IMG/VR virus record: IMGVR_UViG_3300034684_000299
Coordinates: 32,001-96,000 of that record
Strand: one strand, 5' to 3'
DNA from: a virus
DNA length: 64,000 bases
The translations under genes and the position numbers were made by a program. Below, one piece after another: positions 11,601-20,262 of the stretch (positions are counted from its first letter, which is position 1; every line of letters begins with the position of its first letter). The notes under the pieces are model-generated. The model searched no databases and was not told the DNA's origin. It saw only the letters and a list, made by a program, of their open reading frames with translations.

Positions 11601-13519
11601 ACAAAACATTATTTGAACAATTAAGAAATAATAAGGTTAAATACAACGATTTAGTAAAATTCAATGGCAAAGTTTCGACTGTAGGCAGGCATTTAGTAAA
11701 TGAATTGTTCCCTGAGAAATACAGAGATTACAATAACCAATGGAATGGAAAGAAAATAAATAGTACATTGGAAGCTATTGCAAAAGAAAATCCTGATAAA
11801 GCTGTAGAAATATTGAATAGATTAAAAGAATTATCTAGATATGCTATGTACAAAATACCAATAACCGTATCTTTGAATGATCTAGAAATTCCAGAAGCAA
11901 AAGCAATAAAAAATGAAATAAAAAAAATTGACTCATCTTCTAACAAATCGAAAGAAGAAATTATCAAAGAATTAAATCAAGTAGATAATCAAGTTTCAAA
12001 AATGATAGATGAACTATCTAAAAAAAAGGCTAATGAAAACGCATTTTTAATGATGAAAGATTCAGGAACAAAAGGCTCAACTTCGCAAATAAAACAATTA
12101 TTAATAGGACCTGTCAGTGTACAAAATAGTTTTGGTGAAACAATACCAATAGCATTAGGTAATAGTTATTCTGAAGGATTAACACCTGCCCAATATTTTG
12201 CAGCCTCATACGGAGCTAGAATGGGTATGTTAGCTAAAAAATTGGGTGTATCTGAACCTGGAGCTTTAAATAAGGAAATATTAAATTCTGTATCAGACCA
12301 AATAGTTTCTCAATACGATGATCCAAACAATCCAGGTATACCCATTAAAATATCAGAAGAAGATGAAAAAGATTTAGTAGGAAGAGTTTTAGCTAAAGAC
12401 GTATTGGATGAAAGAGGCAGAGTATTAATAGCTAAAGGTGAAATTTTAACACCTCATGCCTTATCATTAATAAAGAATCATAAAATAGATTATATAAATA
12501 TAAAATCTCCTCTTACTGATACTACACCAATAGGTTTAAGTGGCACAAGTTTCGGTTTAGATGAAAATAGTAGAATTCCAAGTATAGGAACTAATCTAGG
12601 TGTTAAACAGACACAAGCTATAACAGAACCATTATCTCAAGGAGCTTTAAACTTTTTTCATACAGGTGGAGTTACTTCTACAGATTCAACAATGTCCACA
12701 TATGAAGCTATAAATACAATGACCAAATTAACAGAGACATTTCAAAGCAAATCAGCAGTATTATCGCTAGTAACTGATACAGTTGAAAAGATAAACAAAA
12801 AACCGTTAGGTGGTTATGAAGTAACAATAGGTGGAGTAAAACATGATATCCCTACAGGATTAGAACCAAAAGTCAAAGTGGGAGATAAAGTTAAAAAAGG
12901 TGAACCCATTTCTACTGGAATGGTTCATCCTGAAGAAGCTTACAAAGCAAGAGGATTGCCTTATGCTGAACAAATTATGGCTAAACAGTTCAGAGATGTT
13001 TTAAAACAGGATCTCAATATAGATTCCGCAAGTATAGAAACATTGGTTAAAGGATTGATTTCAACTGCACAGATATTAGACCCAGGAAATCATGCTGATG
13101 AATTCAAAATTGGTGATGTTGCCAACAGTCAATATATAGATTATTTGAATAGAAAAGATACCCTCACAACCAAAAAAGTAAATTCAGATTTAATAGGTTG
13201 GGTTGTTGGGGATAATTATGGTTATATAAATATAGGAACACCAATTGACGAAAATATATTAAAAGAGTTACAAGAGATGGGATTAAAAGAAATACAAGTT
13301 TACAAGCAAAATATAAAGTTTCAACCGATAATCAAAGGAACAACGGTTTTACCACATAAAAAGTTTGATTGGTTACATAGAGCTACATTCAGAAACCTCA
13401 AACAAGTATTTCCAGAAGAAGCTGCTTTTGGTGGTAAAGCTAATATTCATGGACCAAGTCCATTGACAGCATGGACATATGGAGCTGAAATAAGGAAAGA
13501 TGAAAAAGGGCAATATTAA
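5684..13519 (+). CDS. Single-chain DNA-directed RNA polymerase, fused beta plus beta' (intein-containing; about 2097 aa after splicing)
   Basis: Beta motifs KGNEYVIPTQL, HTPESEKIG, NRAMMASKH, GFNYEDGIVIS, GDKIVGRHGNKG, NPAGIPSRIN. Beta' motifs WGHINL, IPVIPPKYRP, LLNRSPSLH, NADYDGD|TMAIHVP, bridge helix GLTPAQYFAASYGARMG, trigger loop QAITEPLSQGALNFFHTGG. Confidence 0.95.
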   Translation: MILTGYAEKTNEEFKSAIERKIKEMFPIQAGDREIVLEKLTVTEPKEAYDAAAFEQKKLNLSSISFDVSMNLKLRNTKTNETIDSKVIKLKIPAATIKNDFLVKGNEYVIPTQLRLKPGIYTRRKSNGELVAEFKMEKGENFKIVLDPNKNALRIDQQGRQIKLIPFLKGMGITEEQMRKAWGNEEFNVLNQVDGQGDPQKEVQKVMEKDFSNRYRWLWEDIDPNLPPNEKVKKYMEKTELDSKITNITLGQEISKADVNAILAAAAKLIQISKGEAKESGMSSIVYKKAHKPYHHIEEKLDDMKNVLNSTVKKRMLQFDDLHKIISPSYTQKIFDNFFLTSSASQLADQPNVIGLLSNMGKVTLTGEGAIEEDRAVTEADRSVDPYHFLFLDPVHTPESEKIGSNLFATIGSLGSITNDTSQELKSVFYNLKTGQNVTLAPIDVYDKVVAFPNEIEGKKPTGKTVKALHKGEIKNVKDTEVDLIPLNASEMFDFSSNLIPFLSSINGNRAMMASKHLTHAIPLVDPEPPLVQNIVPNTSRTFENTVGSAVSMFSPVDGTVVSVSDKNIKIKDNKGKIYNVSLLDYIETGESTFLKHIPVVKKDDKVKKGQLIADSNMSKGGTLAIGKNLKVAYAPYKGFNYEDGIVISDTAAKKLASEHLYNFKIEILPGMVFDKNKFRSYFPNEYTTQQLNNLDDTGIVKKGTKLKYGDPVAVLLKERSQSIHEKLIGDLHKQLMSPMINASVEWDKNAEGEVVRVVKSSSLIQVMVRTVEPIVAGDKIVGRHGNKGTVAQIVPEKDMPVDESGEPIEVILNPAGIPSRINPSQVLETVAGKIAKKTGTQYNIENFKPNTNYLEQLKTDLKKYNLKDTEYLTDPNLGKLEKPVLTGYQYMVKLPQQVEVKTNIREEWGYDADKRPLRGSQEGGGSRALDPLTAYSLIAHDARANMREMATYKAEQNDEFWLAIENGQIPPAPKPTFAFNKFVGYLKGAGIDVTKSGNNLQLAPMKDKDILSMSNGEVKKPDTLKAYNLTPEKGGIFDVDVLGGLQGDKWGHINLVSSIPNPTFERQIKKILDLSSREYEQLLKGEKGVDNNGNIVDKNQATYFAGDAFKKLLSKINPDQELRKIQETLKQNDNLRPEEIDSLMYKAKIFRGMKETGTKPEDYVISHIPVIPPKYRPVYPSQDDKFLVVSPINHLYKDTLLLNNQIKDAEQSKTLTKEEELKLVGDLYNQVKALVGIGSPLPGTQSSKEGASGALEFLAGTQSPKSGYFQSRLFSKRQELSSTAVIQNGPDLNLDEAAIPEEALWNLYRPFLIKKLQENGYNIKEAKEMIKNKDPMARKMLEEEIESRPVLLNRSPSLHKFSVMAFKPKITQDQVIRLNPNVVAGFNADYDGDSIFSSVYAAFFNDDQDTQNYKLLGENDMPFEELSLRTTFGLINLKDFPRIEKSKRVEGNKEIYKVPKNVRILASKDGKTGYYPIESFSIHKNLEMVEVKTNTSRTIHCSKDHSLVTVDENLNYINHVPEKYLTIPRLRKPVDTYTAEHIVLEDKGESNYNFNFKIPLDEKWGYVNGVYIGDGWVDHIQSKYSMNLANVSEELFKEIQNIFNSYINDENKIHFYIKNNPHDFDGFKSFSRKITWHSKTFHNYFSSLGHRAQNKHLPEYWLIAPENFKWGLLAGLIDTDGTISYNQTENGIQRMCINYYTTSRTLAYEIAALAASLNLTASVSPTFTPKGEEAWTIIFSQESIVDIQNKLNLRVVDKKEKLQKYIPNKNFARNKYTPKLSKSRLNELRKAIGSPRLRNRKGELITEDPIEQSKIKHKKSLNVICTRVSNNNTALTKQTALKIFDLNLDIFEKDPFWKKWKEMVLDENIEWELITDIKPIPEITEAYDLTAGPLYTMITENGFIVQDTMAIHVPVTEEARQEALRMTPSKNLFRPGSKTLMNTLRLEYNGGIYNLTAPPENDNVLPIQVGDYKTLFEQLRNNKVKYNDLVKFNGKVSTVGRHLVNELFPEKYRDYNNQWNGKKINSTLEAIAKENPDKAVEILNRLKELSRYAMYKIPITVSLNDLEIPEAKAIKNEIKKIDSSSNKSKEEIIKELNQVDNQVSKMIDELSKKKANENAFLMMKDSGTKGSTSQIKQLLIGPVSVQNSFGETIPIALGNSYSEGLTPAQYFAASYGARMGMLAKKLGVSEPGALNKEILNSVSDQIVSQYDDPNNPGIPIKISEEDEKDLVGRVLAKDVLDERGRVLIAKGEILTPHALSLIKNHKIDYINIKSPLTDTTPIGLSGTSFGLDENSRIPSIGTNLGVKQTQAITEPLSQGALNFFHTGGVTSTDSTMSTYEAINTMTKLTETFQSKSAVLSLVTDTVEKINKKPLGGYEVTIGGVKHDIPTGLEPKVKVGDKVKKGEPISTGMVHPEEAYKARGLPYAEQIMAKQFRDVLKQDLNIDSASIETLVKGLISTAQILDPGNHADEFKIGDVANSQYIDYLNRKDTLTTKKVNSDLIGWVVGDNYGYINIGTPIDENILKELQEMGLKEIQVYKQNIKFQPIIKGTTVLPHKKFDWLHRATFRNLKQVFPEEAAFGGKANIHGPSPLTAWTYGAEIRKDEKGQY
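9866..11407 (+). mobile_element. Intein with LAGLIDADG homing endonuclease (514 aa, aa 1395-1908)
   Basis: Interrupts NADYDGD|TMAIHVP. Ser1 (SIFSSV), block B IHCSKDHSL, LAGLIDADG motifs GYVNGVYIGDGW and GLLAGLIDTDG, block F AYDLT, C-terminus ENGFIVQD, +1 Thr. Confidence 0.9.
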
Positions 13520-13562
13520 AGTTTCAAGAAAGGAGGAAAAGTGTTTCGACACTTATAATAAT

Positions 13563-14195
13563 ATGATAAAAAAAGAATTTGTAAAAACAGCAAAATCACA
13601 TGGTGCTTTAATGGGAGGAGCCGCTGATATAATGGCTGGTATGCCTCTTCAAATTGGTTCAATAAAATCCCAACAAAAGACTCAGCAAAAACTTACAGAT
13701 TTAAATACAATTTACCAAATAACAACGGGTAGTGATTTGGTAGAGGATTTAAGTAAGTATCAGAAACCACGAGGTGGAGGAATATTGCGTTCCATTGGTT
13801 TAATAGGTGGAACATTAGCAGGTGCTGCTCTTGGAGGTAAAGTTGGAGGTACAATAGCTACAAAATTTATGAAAGATGTTCCAGCTAAAAAAATAACTAG
13901 TAAGTTAATAGGTGCTGAAACTACTAAACAGTTTGGTGAAATAGCAGGTAGTTCTATAGGATCTAATGTAGCTAGTTTTACAGATACAGCCATCGATAAA
14001 AGAAGTATCAATAGAGCAAAACGAAATTTAGAAAGAGATACAAATATAGACCCTGTAAAAAAGGATTTACTAAATAAAGCGTTGGACTTGCAAAGAGAAT
14101 CAGCAAAAAAATACGATGTCGTAGATACTATAGATTTATTCTCCTCACCTATTATTCAAAATACTACTTTCAAACTAAGAAGTCGTTTTAAATAA
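13563..14195 (+). CDS. Putative ejection/virion protein with glycine-zipper hydrophobic segments (start moved from 13500)
   Basis: SD AGGAGG 13531-13536 plus hairpin before ATG 13563; N-terminal FVKTAK; GLIGGTLAGAALGGKVGG. Confidence 0.45.
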   Translation: MIKKEFVKTAKSHGALMGGAADIMAGMPLQIGSIKSQQKTQQKLTDLNTIYQITTGSDLVEDLSKYQKPRGGGILRSIGLIGGTLAGAALGGKVGGTIATKFMKDVPAKKITSKLIGAETTKQFGEIAGSSIGSNVASFTDTAIDKRSINRAKRNLERDTNIDPVKKDLLNKALDLQRESAKKYDVVDTIDLFSSPIIQNTTFKLRSRFK

Positions 14196-14231
14196 TATTG
14201 GCTCTCCCAACGAAAAACTTTTTTGACATAA

Positions 14232-14260
14232 TTGCAATTTCCTTCTTTTTATGATATAAT
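14232..14260 (+). promoter_or_regulatory. Sigma70-type promoter TTGCAA-17-TATAAT (extended TG)
   Basis: Direct consensus match upstream of the primase gene. Confidence 0.7.
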
Positions 14261-14286
14261 TTCATAAAAAGGAGGATTTTTTTATT

Positions 14287-15966
14287 TTGAATATACAATC
14301 TGCAAAAGAGTTTATCAAAGAAAATTTACTGATAGAAGATGTTATAAGTGAATACATACATTTAGAAAAAAGCGGGAAGAATTACAAAGCGTTATGTCCT
14401 TTCCATACTGAAGACACTCCAAGCTTTTTTGTGTTCCCCAATACTCAAACTTTCAAATGTTTTGGGTGTGGAGCACAAGGAGACGTTATTACTTTTGTAG
14501 AGAAATATGAAAATATATCTTTTGTTGATGCTATAAAAAAGTTATCTAAAAAAGCTAATATAACTTTGGAAGAAGAATCTGAAGAATTACATAAACGTGT
14601 ATTGAACATATTAAATTCAAAATATTATGAAACATTGGCATTATTACCTCAAGACCATCCTGCAAAGAAATATGTTTTAAATCGATTTAATGAACAAGAA
14701 ATACAAACATTCAGTTTAGGATATTCAAGTGGAGCAGAATATGAAGATATATTTAAAGTTTTTTCTGAACCTCTTCTTGAATTAAACTATAAAAATCATG
14801 ATATGTTTAAAAACCGAATAATTTTTCCTATAAAAGATATTAATGGTGATGTTATAGGATTCACTGCAAGAGCAATTGATGAACAAACTACTCCAAAATA
14901 CATCAATTCACCAGATTCTTTCTTATTTGATAAAAAACATGTTTTATACAATATAAACATTGCTAAGAAATTTGCTACTACAAACGATCTAGTTATTATC
15001 ACAGAAGGTGTAGCTGATACTATAAAAATGCTATCCATAGGGTTCCCTAATACTGTTGGATTGTTAGGATTGGACGTGTCTTTTGAAAAAGTAAAACTAA
15101 TATCGTCTTTATCTAAAAATCAAATTTTGATGTTAGACAACGATAACTCTGGTAGGAAAGGAACCATGGAGTATATAAAAAATTCTATACCGTTGAAAGC
15201 TCAAATAGTAGTTCCTATATACAAAGAAAAAGACCCAGATATGTTATTAAAACAACATAGTAAAGAGGAAGTCATAAAGATTATAAAAAAGAGTGTTCCA
15301 GGGATCAATTATCTCGTATATCTTATAAAAGCTAAATATGATTTGAATAATGTATTTCAAAAACAGAAATTTTTACAAGAACTTTATTCTTTGTACAATG
15401 CTCTTGTTATTCATGAACAACCATTATTTGCTGACAAAGTAATAAAATTAGTAGAAAAACTGGGGATAACAAAAGAAGCTTTTTTGAATATAAAAGATAC
15501 TGATTATATTCAAGAAGAACCTGATACTAAAGTAGATTTTAATACTTCAAATAATCTTTCAAATTTAAATAAAGTATTGCTAGTTTTAATAATTAATGCT
15601 TCTGATGAAATTAAAGAATTTTTATTAAATTTGAATCCTGATGATTTTATTGAACCTATCACATGTGATATCATAAAAAATTACCAGCGTAAACTGAAAC
15701 TCAACGAAGTAATTGATAAATATCCTTTTATTTATGACTATATTTTATCTCATTATGATTCTATTTCTGATTTACCCAAAGAAAAGGTCAATGATTACTT
15801 TTTAAAATTTAAAGATTATGTCGAAAACAAATTAAAAATAATGAGAGAATTAACTATTTTAAATGAACGCCTACGAAATACTGTTCTTCCAGAAGAAAAA
15901 GCTGAATTAGTCGAAAAAATAATTGAGATACAGCAAAAGATTAAAACTGTTTCAAATAATTCCTGA
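14287..15966 (+). CDS. dnaG: DNA primase (DnaG type)
   Basis: CHC2 zinc finger CPFH..TPSF..FKCFGCG; TOPRIM EGVAD and DNDNSG; TTG start with SD AGGAGG. Confidence 0.93.
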   Translation: MNIQSAKEFIKENLLIEDVISEYIHLEKSGKNYKALCPFHTEDTPSFFVFPNTQTFKCFGCGAQGDVITFVEKYENISFVDAIKKLSKKANITLEEESEELHKRVLNILNSKYYETLALLPQDHPAKKYVLNRFNEQEIQTFSLGYSSGAEYEDIFKVFSEPLLELNYKNHDMFKNRIIFPIKDINGDVIGFTARAIDEQTTPKYINSPDSFLFDKKHVLYNINIAKKFATTNDLVIITEGVADTIKMLSIGFPNTVGLLGLDVSFEKVKLISSLSKNQILMLDNDNSGRKGTMEYIKNSIPLKAQIVVPIYKEKDPDMLLKQHSKEEVIKIIKKSVPGINYLVYLIKAKYDLNNVFQKQKFLQELYSLYNALVIHEQPLFADKVIKLVEKLGITKEAFLNIKDTDYIQEEPDTKVDFNTSNNLSNLNKVLLVLIINASDEIKEFLLNLNPDDFIEPITCDIIKNYQRKLKLNEVIDKYPFIYDYILSHYDSISDLPKEKVNDYFLKFKDYVENKLKIMRELTILNERLRNTVLPEEKAELVEKIIEIQQKIKTVSNNS

Positions 15967-15980
15967 AAGGAGGGCTTTTT

Positions 15981-18032
15981 TTGAATACCAACGAAGAAAT
16001 ACAATTATCAGTGAATAGAGATAAAAGCATACTATTTATTTATTTGCCCCAAAGTTTTATTGAAGAAAATGGCAAACCACCAGACCTTGAATTTTGGCCT
16101 GAAAAAAATGTCTGGTACCAATACCTTTTCCAAAAAGAATCTTGGAAAAATATAATAAAATATTTAAAAGGGAAGGTTGACAATCAATATATTCAAAAAA
16201 TAAGAGATTCTTTAAAAGAAGGGCGAAATTATGCATTTTATATTAAATACGACAAAGCATGGGTAAAAACCAATGACAATGATTTACTTGGTGAATTAGT
16301 AGAATGTGGTTTTAAATATTCTTATAAAACCGATTTTTATTTTGCCACTTTTCAAACTGTATTGGATAACGAATCCAAATTAAGAGATTTAATTCCAGAT
16401 GTTCTTTTTCAAGTGAAAGAGGAAGTTAAAGATAAACCAGAATTATACATCCAAAAATCAACTAAAAGCAAACAGATAGATTTAGAAAAAATTGCAAAAC
16501 TGCTTCCTCCTTATTTATATGATTTCCAAAAGGAATTTGTAATAAAAGCTTTATCAGATTATTTTAAAGGTAATCCAGGTATTATGTTAGCTGATGACGT
16601 TGGACTTGGTAAAACTGTTCAAAGTTTAGCTTTAGCTGATGTGTTATTCAAATTAGGTAAAATAGATAAAGTATTAATAATTACAAAGAAAAATGTTGTC
16701 AGACAATTTGCCAGTGAAGTCGAAAAATTTCTTAATATTGAACCAGCTATTCTCTCAACACAAGAATGGAAACCCGATACAAGCAAAGTTTTAATTACTA
16801 ATTATGAGCCTATTGTAAAATTTGTTGAAAATTGGAATCTAATGCCTCAAGACAAAAGACATAGGATATTGTTTATTATTGATGAAATAAGTAGTTTAAA
16901 AAGCAGTCAAAACAATAGAGTAAAAGCTTTCAAAAAAATGTTTAAAATGTATCCAGGATTTCGTGTAGGGCTTACCGCAACTCCATTTGGGAAAGAACTT
17001 GTTGAAATGTACAATATGTTTAAAATATTGGTTCCTGATTTCATGGATTGGTATACTTTTGATTATAACCATAGAGATACTTACAGGATAAATAAAACCA
17101 TTACTACAAAGTATGGGTATAAATATACTAAAGAAATAGAAGTAGTCAGTAATTATAAAAATTTTGAACAATTTCATGAAGCCATTGCACCTTATATGGT
17201 GAGAAGAAAGAAAAGTATGGTAGAAAAAGAGTTCGGACCTAAAATAGAACATCCTGTTTTTTTACCAGCTTCAGATAATTTCTTGTATTTATATAGAAAA
17301 TTCATGGAAGATATTATAGATGCTGTTGAAAAAAAGTATAAAGAAAAAGACCAAGGACAAGCTAAATTCTTAGGAGTTTCTCTTTTAAGGCAATTTTGTA
17401 ATTACATAGGTTTATTTGAAAAATCTGAATCACAACTTTTAAAGTATATTCCATACAAACAATATTTAATATTAACTCCTACGCTTAAACTAGATTGGGT
17501 AATAAACAAAGTAAAAGAAATAAACGATAAAGTTCTTATTTTTACGGAATTTGCTAGAATGGCTGAAATTTTAGATAAAACATTCATAGATTTAGGATAT
17601 AAAACTAGAAAGATAACAGGAGCTACCAACAAAGACGATAGAGAATTGTTGAAGCAACAATTTGAAAAAGATAAGTTTCAAATACTCATTGGCACAAATG
17701 CCATGGCGTATGGAGGAAACTTTCAGTTTGTAGATTATTTAATAAATTATGATTTGTCGTATAATCCAGAAGTCAATTGGCAACGTGAAGGTAGAATTCA
17801 TAGATTGGGCAATACAAATACCAAACATATATACAATTTGTTCTTATCTAGTAACGATCCAGACTTTCTTTTGATAGAAGAATTGATATACGAAACTCTC
17901 CAAAGAAGGATGAAAGAAGCTGAATTAGCTACATCAGCTGAAGAATTAAAATTAGAACATGATGACACAGCTATCATAAACGATATAACGAAAACAATCT
18001 TCAAACAAGCAAAAAAGAACAAGCTTTTTTAA
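15981..18032 (+). CDS. SNF2-family SF2 helicase/ATPase
   Basis: LADDVGLGKT, IIDEIS, LTATP, QREGRIHRLG. Confidence 0.88.
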   Translation: MNTNEEIQLSVNRDKSILFIYLPQSFIEENGKPPDLEFWPEKNVWYQYLFQKESWKNIIKYLKGKVDNQYIQKIRDSLKEGRNYAFYIKYDKAWVKTNDNDLLGELVECGFKYSYKTDFYFATFQTVLDNESKLRDLIPDVLFQVKEEVKDKPELYIQKSTKSKQIDLEKIAKLLPPYLYDFQKEFVIKALSDYFKGNPGIMLADDVGLGKTVQSLALADVLFKLGKIDKVLIITKKNVVRQFASEVEKFLNIEPAILSTQEWKPDTSKVLITNYEPIVKFVENWNLMPQDKRHRILFIIDEISSLKSSQNNRVKAFKKMFKMYPGFRVGLTATPFGKELVEMYNMFKILVPDFMDWYTFDYNHRDTYRINKTITTKYGYKYTKEIEVVSNYKNFEQFHEAIAPYMVRRKKSMVEKEFGPKIEHPVFLPASDNFLYLYRKFMEDIIDAVEKKYKEKDQGQAKFLGVSLLRQFCNYIGLFEKSESQLLKYIPYKQYLILTPTLKLDWVINKVKEINDKVLIFTEFARMAEILDKTFIDLGYKTRKITGATNKDDRELLKQQFEKDKFQILIGTNAMAYGGNFQFVDYLINYDLSYNPEVNWQREGRIHRLGNTNTKHIYNLFLSSNDPDFLLIEELIYETLQRRMKEAELATSAEELKLEHDDTAIINDITKTIFKQAKKNKLF

Positions 18033-18055
18033 TGTTCAAAAAAGCTTTGTTTTTT
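18018..18055 (+). terminator. AT-rich intrinsic terminator after the helicase
   Basis: aacaagctttttt / aaaaaagctttgtt stem followed by a T-run. Confidence 0.5.
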
Positions 18056-18091
18056 GGTATATATTAAATATATTAAAAATATGCTAGGCTT

Positions 18092-18586
18092 TTAGTTTGG
18101 GTTGAAAAGATGAATATATTTAGAAAATGAATTAGAAACATTTTTTATCTTGTTTAGAATACGTCCATTGCTATCAAGAAATAAGGTTGGATAAAAAGTC
18201 TTGCCGTGTGAAAAATAATACGCAATATTACGTTCTATAATTTTTAGAATTGTTTGTTCTAATACTTTATACAAATGAAAATCAACAACTTCTTTTGGAG
18301 TTACAATTACATTCAAAATATCTTCATCTAAAATTGAATCGTCATAAGTACTTAAAATAAGCATTTTTATATTATAATCAATAGCTTTAGAAAAATCGTT
18401 GTATATCAACATGGTAATAAATTTAAAATAAGGAAGATTATCGTTTATTATATTGTACTCGAATTCTTCGTATTTTTTGTACTTTAAAAAATTTATAACG
18501 GTTGGCATATACAAATTTATAGTCATACTTAATATCTTATAAAAATCTGACCTGTTATATTGTTTTTGATTATTTTGATTATTCAT
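18092..18586 (-). CDS. Hypothetical protein
   Basis: ORF track; SD AAGGGGG. Confidence 0.6.
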   Translation of the reverse strand: MNNQNNQKQYNRSDFYKILSMTINLYMPTVINFLKYKKYEEFEYNIINDNLPYFKFITMLIYNDFSKAIDYNIKMLILSTYDDSILDEDILNVIVTPKEVVDFHLYKVLEQTILKIIERNIAYYFSHGKTFYPTLFLDSNGRILNKIKNVSNSFSKYIHLFNPN

Positions 18587-18596
18587 AAAATCCCCC

Positions 18597-19154
18597 TTAT
18601 GTTTCTAAAATTCGATAATCAACATATTTAGGTTCTTCTACGACTACAGGTTCTTTGTTGTATATATCTTTTATAATTTTTTCTTCCAATTTGTTCAGAG
18701 CTTCTTTAAGAGTTACCGGTTTAACTTCATAAACGCCTAAATCCATGAACGGTAAAATAGTAGCTTCATATTTTGTTTTATCTAGTATTATATAACCAAT
18801 TCCTACTTGCAACAATTTAAACTGCATCATGTTTTCAGGTTCATAAAAATTCATCTTAGATTTTACAAAACAACCGTCTCCAACGGTTAATTTTTCATTT
18901 TCTAGGTAAGCTAATGAAGTATGTATTGCAGCATAAAACGAAGTTGGTAAATTTTTTAAATTCCTTACAAACATAACTTTCTCTTCCCCAGATTCTCCTA
19001 AATTAGAAAACATCAAATCAAAATCTTCACGCAAATTCTTTAACTGATATATCTTATCGATATTATAACCAAACACTAAATCAGGAATGACTTTGTACTC
19101 TGTTAAATCTGACATGTACGATAATAAAAGCTTGCGTTCAGGCTCTAATACCAC
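18597..19154 (-). CDS. Hypothetical protein
   Basis: ORF track; GTG start with SD AAGGGGG. Confidence 0.65.
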   Translation of the reverse strand: MVLEPERKLLLSYMSDLTEYKVIPDLVFGYNIDKIYQLKNLREDFDLMFSNLGESGEEKVMFVRNLKNLPTSFYAAIHTSLAYLENEKLTVGDGCFVKSKMNFYEPENMMQFKLLQVGIGYIILDKTKYEATILPFMDLGVYEVKPVTLKEALNKLEEKIIKDIYNKEPVVVEEPKYVDYRILET

Positions 19155-19290
19155 GTTTAGTTTCCCCCTTATTCTGAAGTTTTGATTAAAAGTATCTTTC
19201 CTTGATTATATTCTATCATGAAAAACGAAATATATGTTAATTTTTTGGTATATATATATTAAATTATATGAACAAAAGGAGGTGTTTACC

Positions 19291-19470
19291 ATTAACAATG
19301 ATTTTGAGAAATGTTTAGCGATGTTAAGGAAGGATAAAAGGATAGAGGAACTTCTAAAAATTCATAACGAAAAAGAAAAAGAACTTTCGGCACTTCAAAA
19401 AGCTTTTAACATGGATACTTCGTTTCAAGGTAATTTTTATTTGGACGACGACACAAAAGATTTTGAGTAA
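19291..19470 (+). CDS. Small hypothetical protein, probable ATT start
   Basis: SD AAGGAGGTG lies 6 nt before in-frame ATT 19291; the ORF-track ATG 19234 has no SD. Confidence 0.45.
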   Translation: MNNDFEKCLAMLRKDKRIEELLKIHNEKEKELSALQKAFNMDTSFQGNFYLDDDTKDFE

Positions 19471-19484
19471 TTTTTAGAAAAAGC

Positions 19485-19513
19485 TTGTTTTCTTCATAGA
19501 TATATGGTATAAT
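19485..19513 (+). promoter_or_regulatory. Sigma70-type promoter TTGTTT-17-TATAAT (extended TG)
   Basis: Consensus spacing upstream of the 19555-24068 operon. Confidence 0.6.
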
Positions 19514-19554
19514 TTAACGAACCTAGAGGAACAAAAAAATTTTTTGTTAGGAGT

Positions 19555-20262
19555 GTGATAAAGTTGGTATCTCTGAAGATTATCAAAAAGTTTATTGAGT
19601 TGTATGATCCAGGGAACAGTCCAAGACATTTTTACAACTTTGTTATAACACTGATTGAGTTGTCTGAAAGAAAAGCGTTAATCAGTGGAGCAAAGTTGAA
19701 TATGGGTGAAATTTCTCGTAAGTATCATACGCCAAGAGCGAGAATATTGGATACTTGGCGTACATTTAATGAACTGGGATATTTGGTAGCTCAAAACGCC
19801 AAAGGTTCTTCCAGATATTTTGTAAAGTTAGGTCCCGTGTTTCAAGAATATTTTGCAGCTATTATGTTGGAGAACAATGAATTTCCTGGTGATGATTTTA
19901 TCAAAATACTTTTCAAACAGTTTTTTCAAACTACAAGGGACTCTTTCGCTAAGGAATTAACGAATGCAATAAATAATTCAATGGCTCCTTCTTTCAAAGA
20001 ACTGTATCCAGAACTATGGAAATTCCTGCCAGACGATGAAAAAGAAATATTAGAAGTTTATGAAACATATGCTGGACAATTAGACATATCTGAATTTGGC
20101 GTTTTTGAAAAAATTTGTAAAATGTATCCAAGACTAGATATCTTAGAAGGAATTAAAAAGACATATTCAGACGATACAGAGGAAAACTTCTTAAGAAAAT
20201 ACGGTGTTAGAGCTTTAGATAATTATTTATCATTAAAAGTCAAAAAGGAGGAATTAAAATGA
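19555..20262 (+). CDS. Winged-helix DNA-binding protein (putative)
   Basis: LNMGEISRKYHTPRARILDTWRTFNELGYL resembles a wHTH with following wing. Confidence 0.45.
   Translation: MIKLVSLKIIKKFIELYDPGNSPRHFYNFVITLIELSERKALISGAKLNMGEISRKYHTPRARILDTWRTFNELGYLVAQNAKGSSRYFVKLGPVFQEYFAAIMLENNEFPGDDFIKILFKQFFQTTRDSFAKELTNAINNSMAPSFKELYPELWKFLPDDEKEILEVYETYAGQLDISEFGVFEKICKMYPRLDILEGIKKTYSDDTEENFLRKYGVRALDNYLSLKVKKEELK

Noticed and set aside
5827-11967. Minus-strand ORFs inside the RNA polymerase gene (5827, 7846, 8638, 10906, 11728)
   Set aside because: Antisense shadows without an RBS, with composition typical of the reverse frame of an A-rich gene. The other short overlapping ORFs in the track were rejected on the same grounds.
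5684-13519. Interpretation as host chromosomal rpoBC
   Set aside because: No ribosomal-protein context, loss of zinc sites, strong divergence and flanking virion genes indicate a phage enzyme.
19525-19557. Possible eighth SD-hairpin-start at the wHTH gene
   Set aside because: The stem is almost all A-T, and a second SD (AGGAG) with an in-frame TTG at 19564 explains initiation without it.
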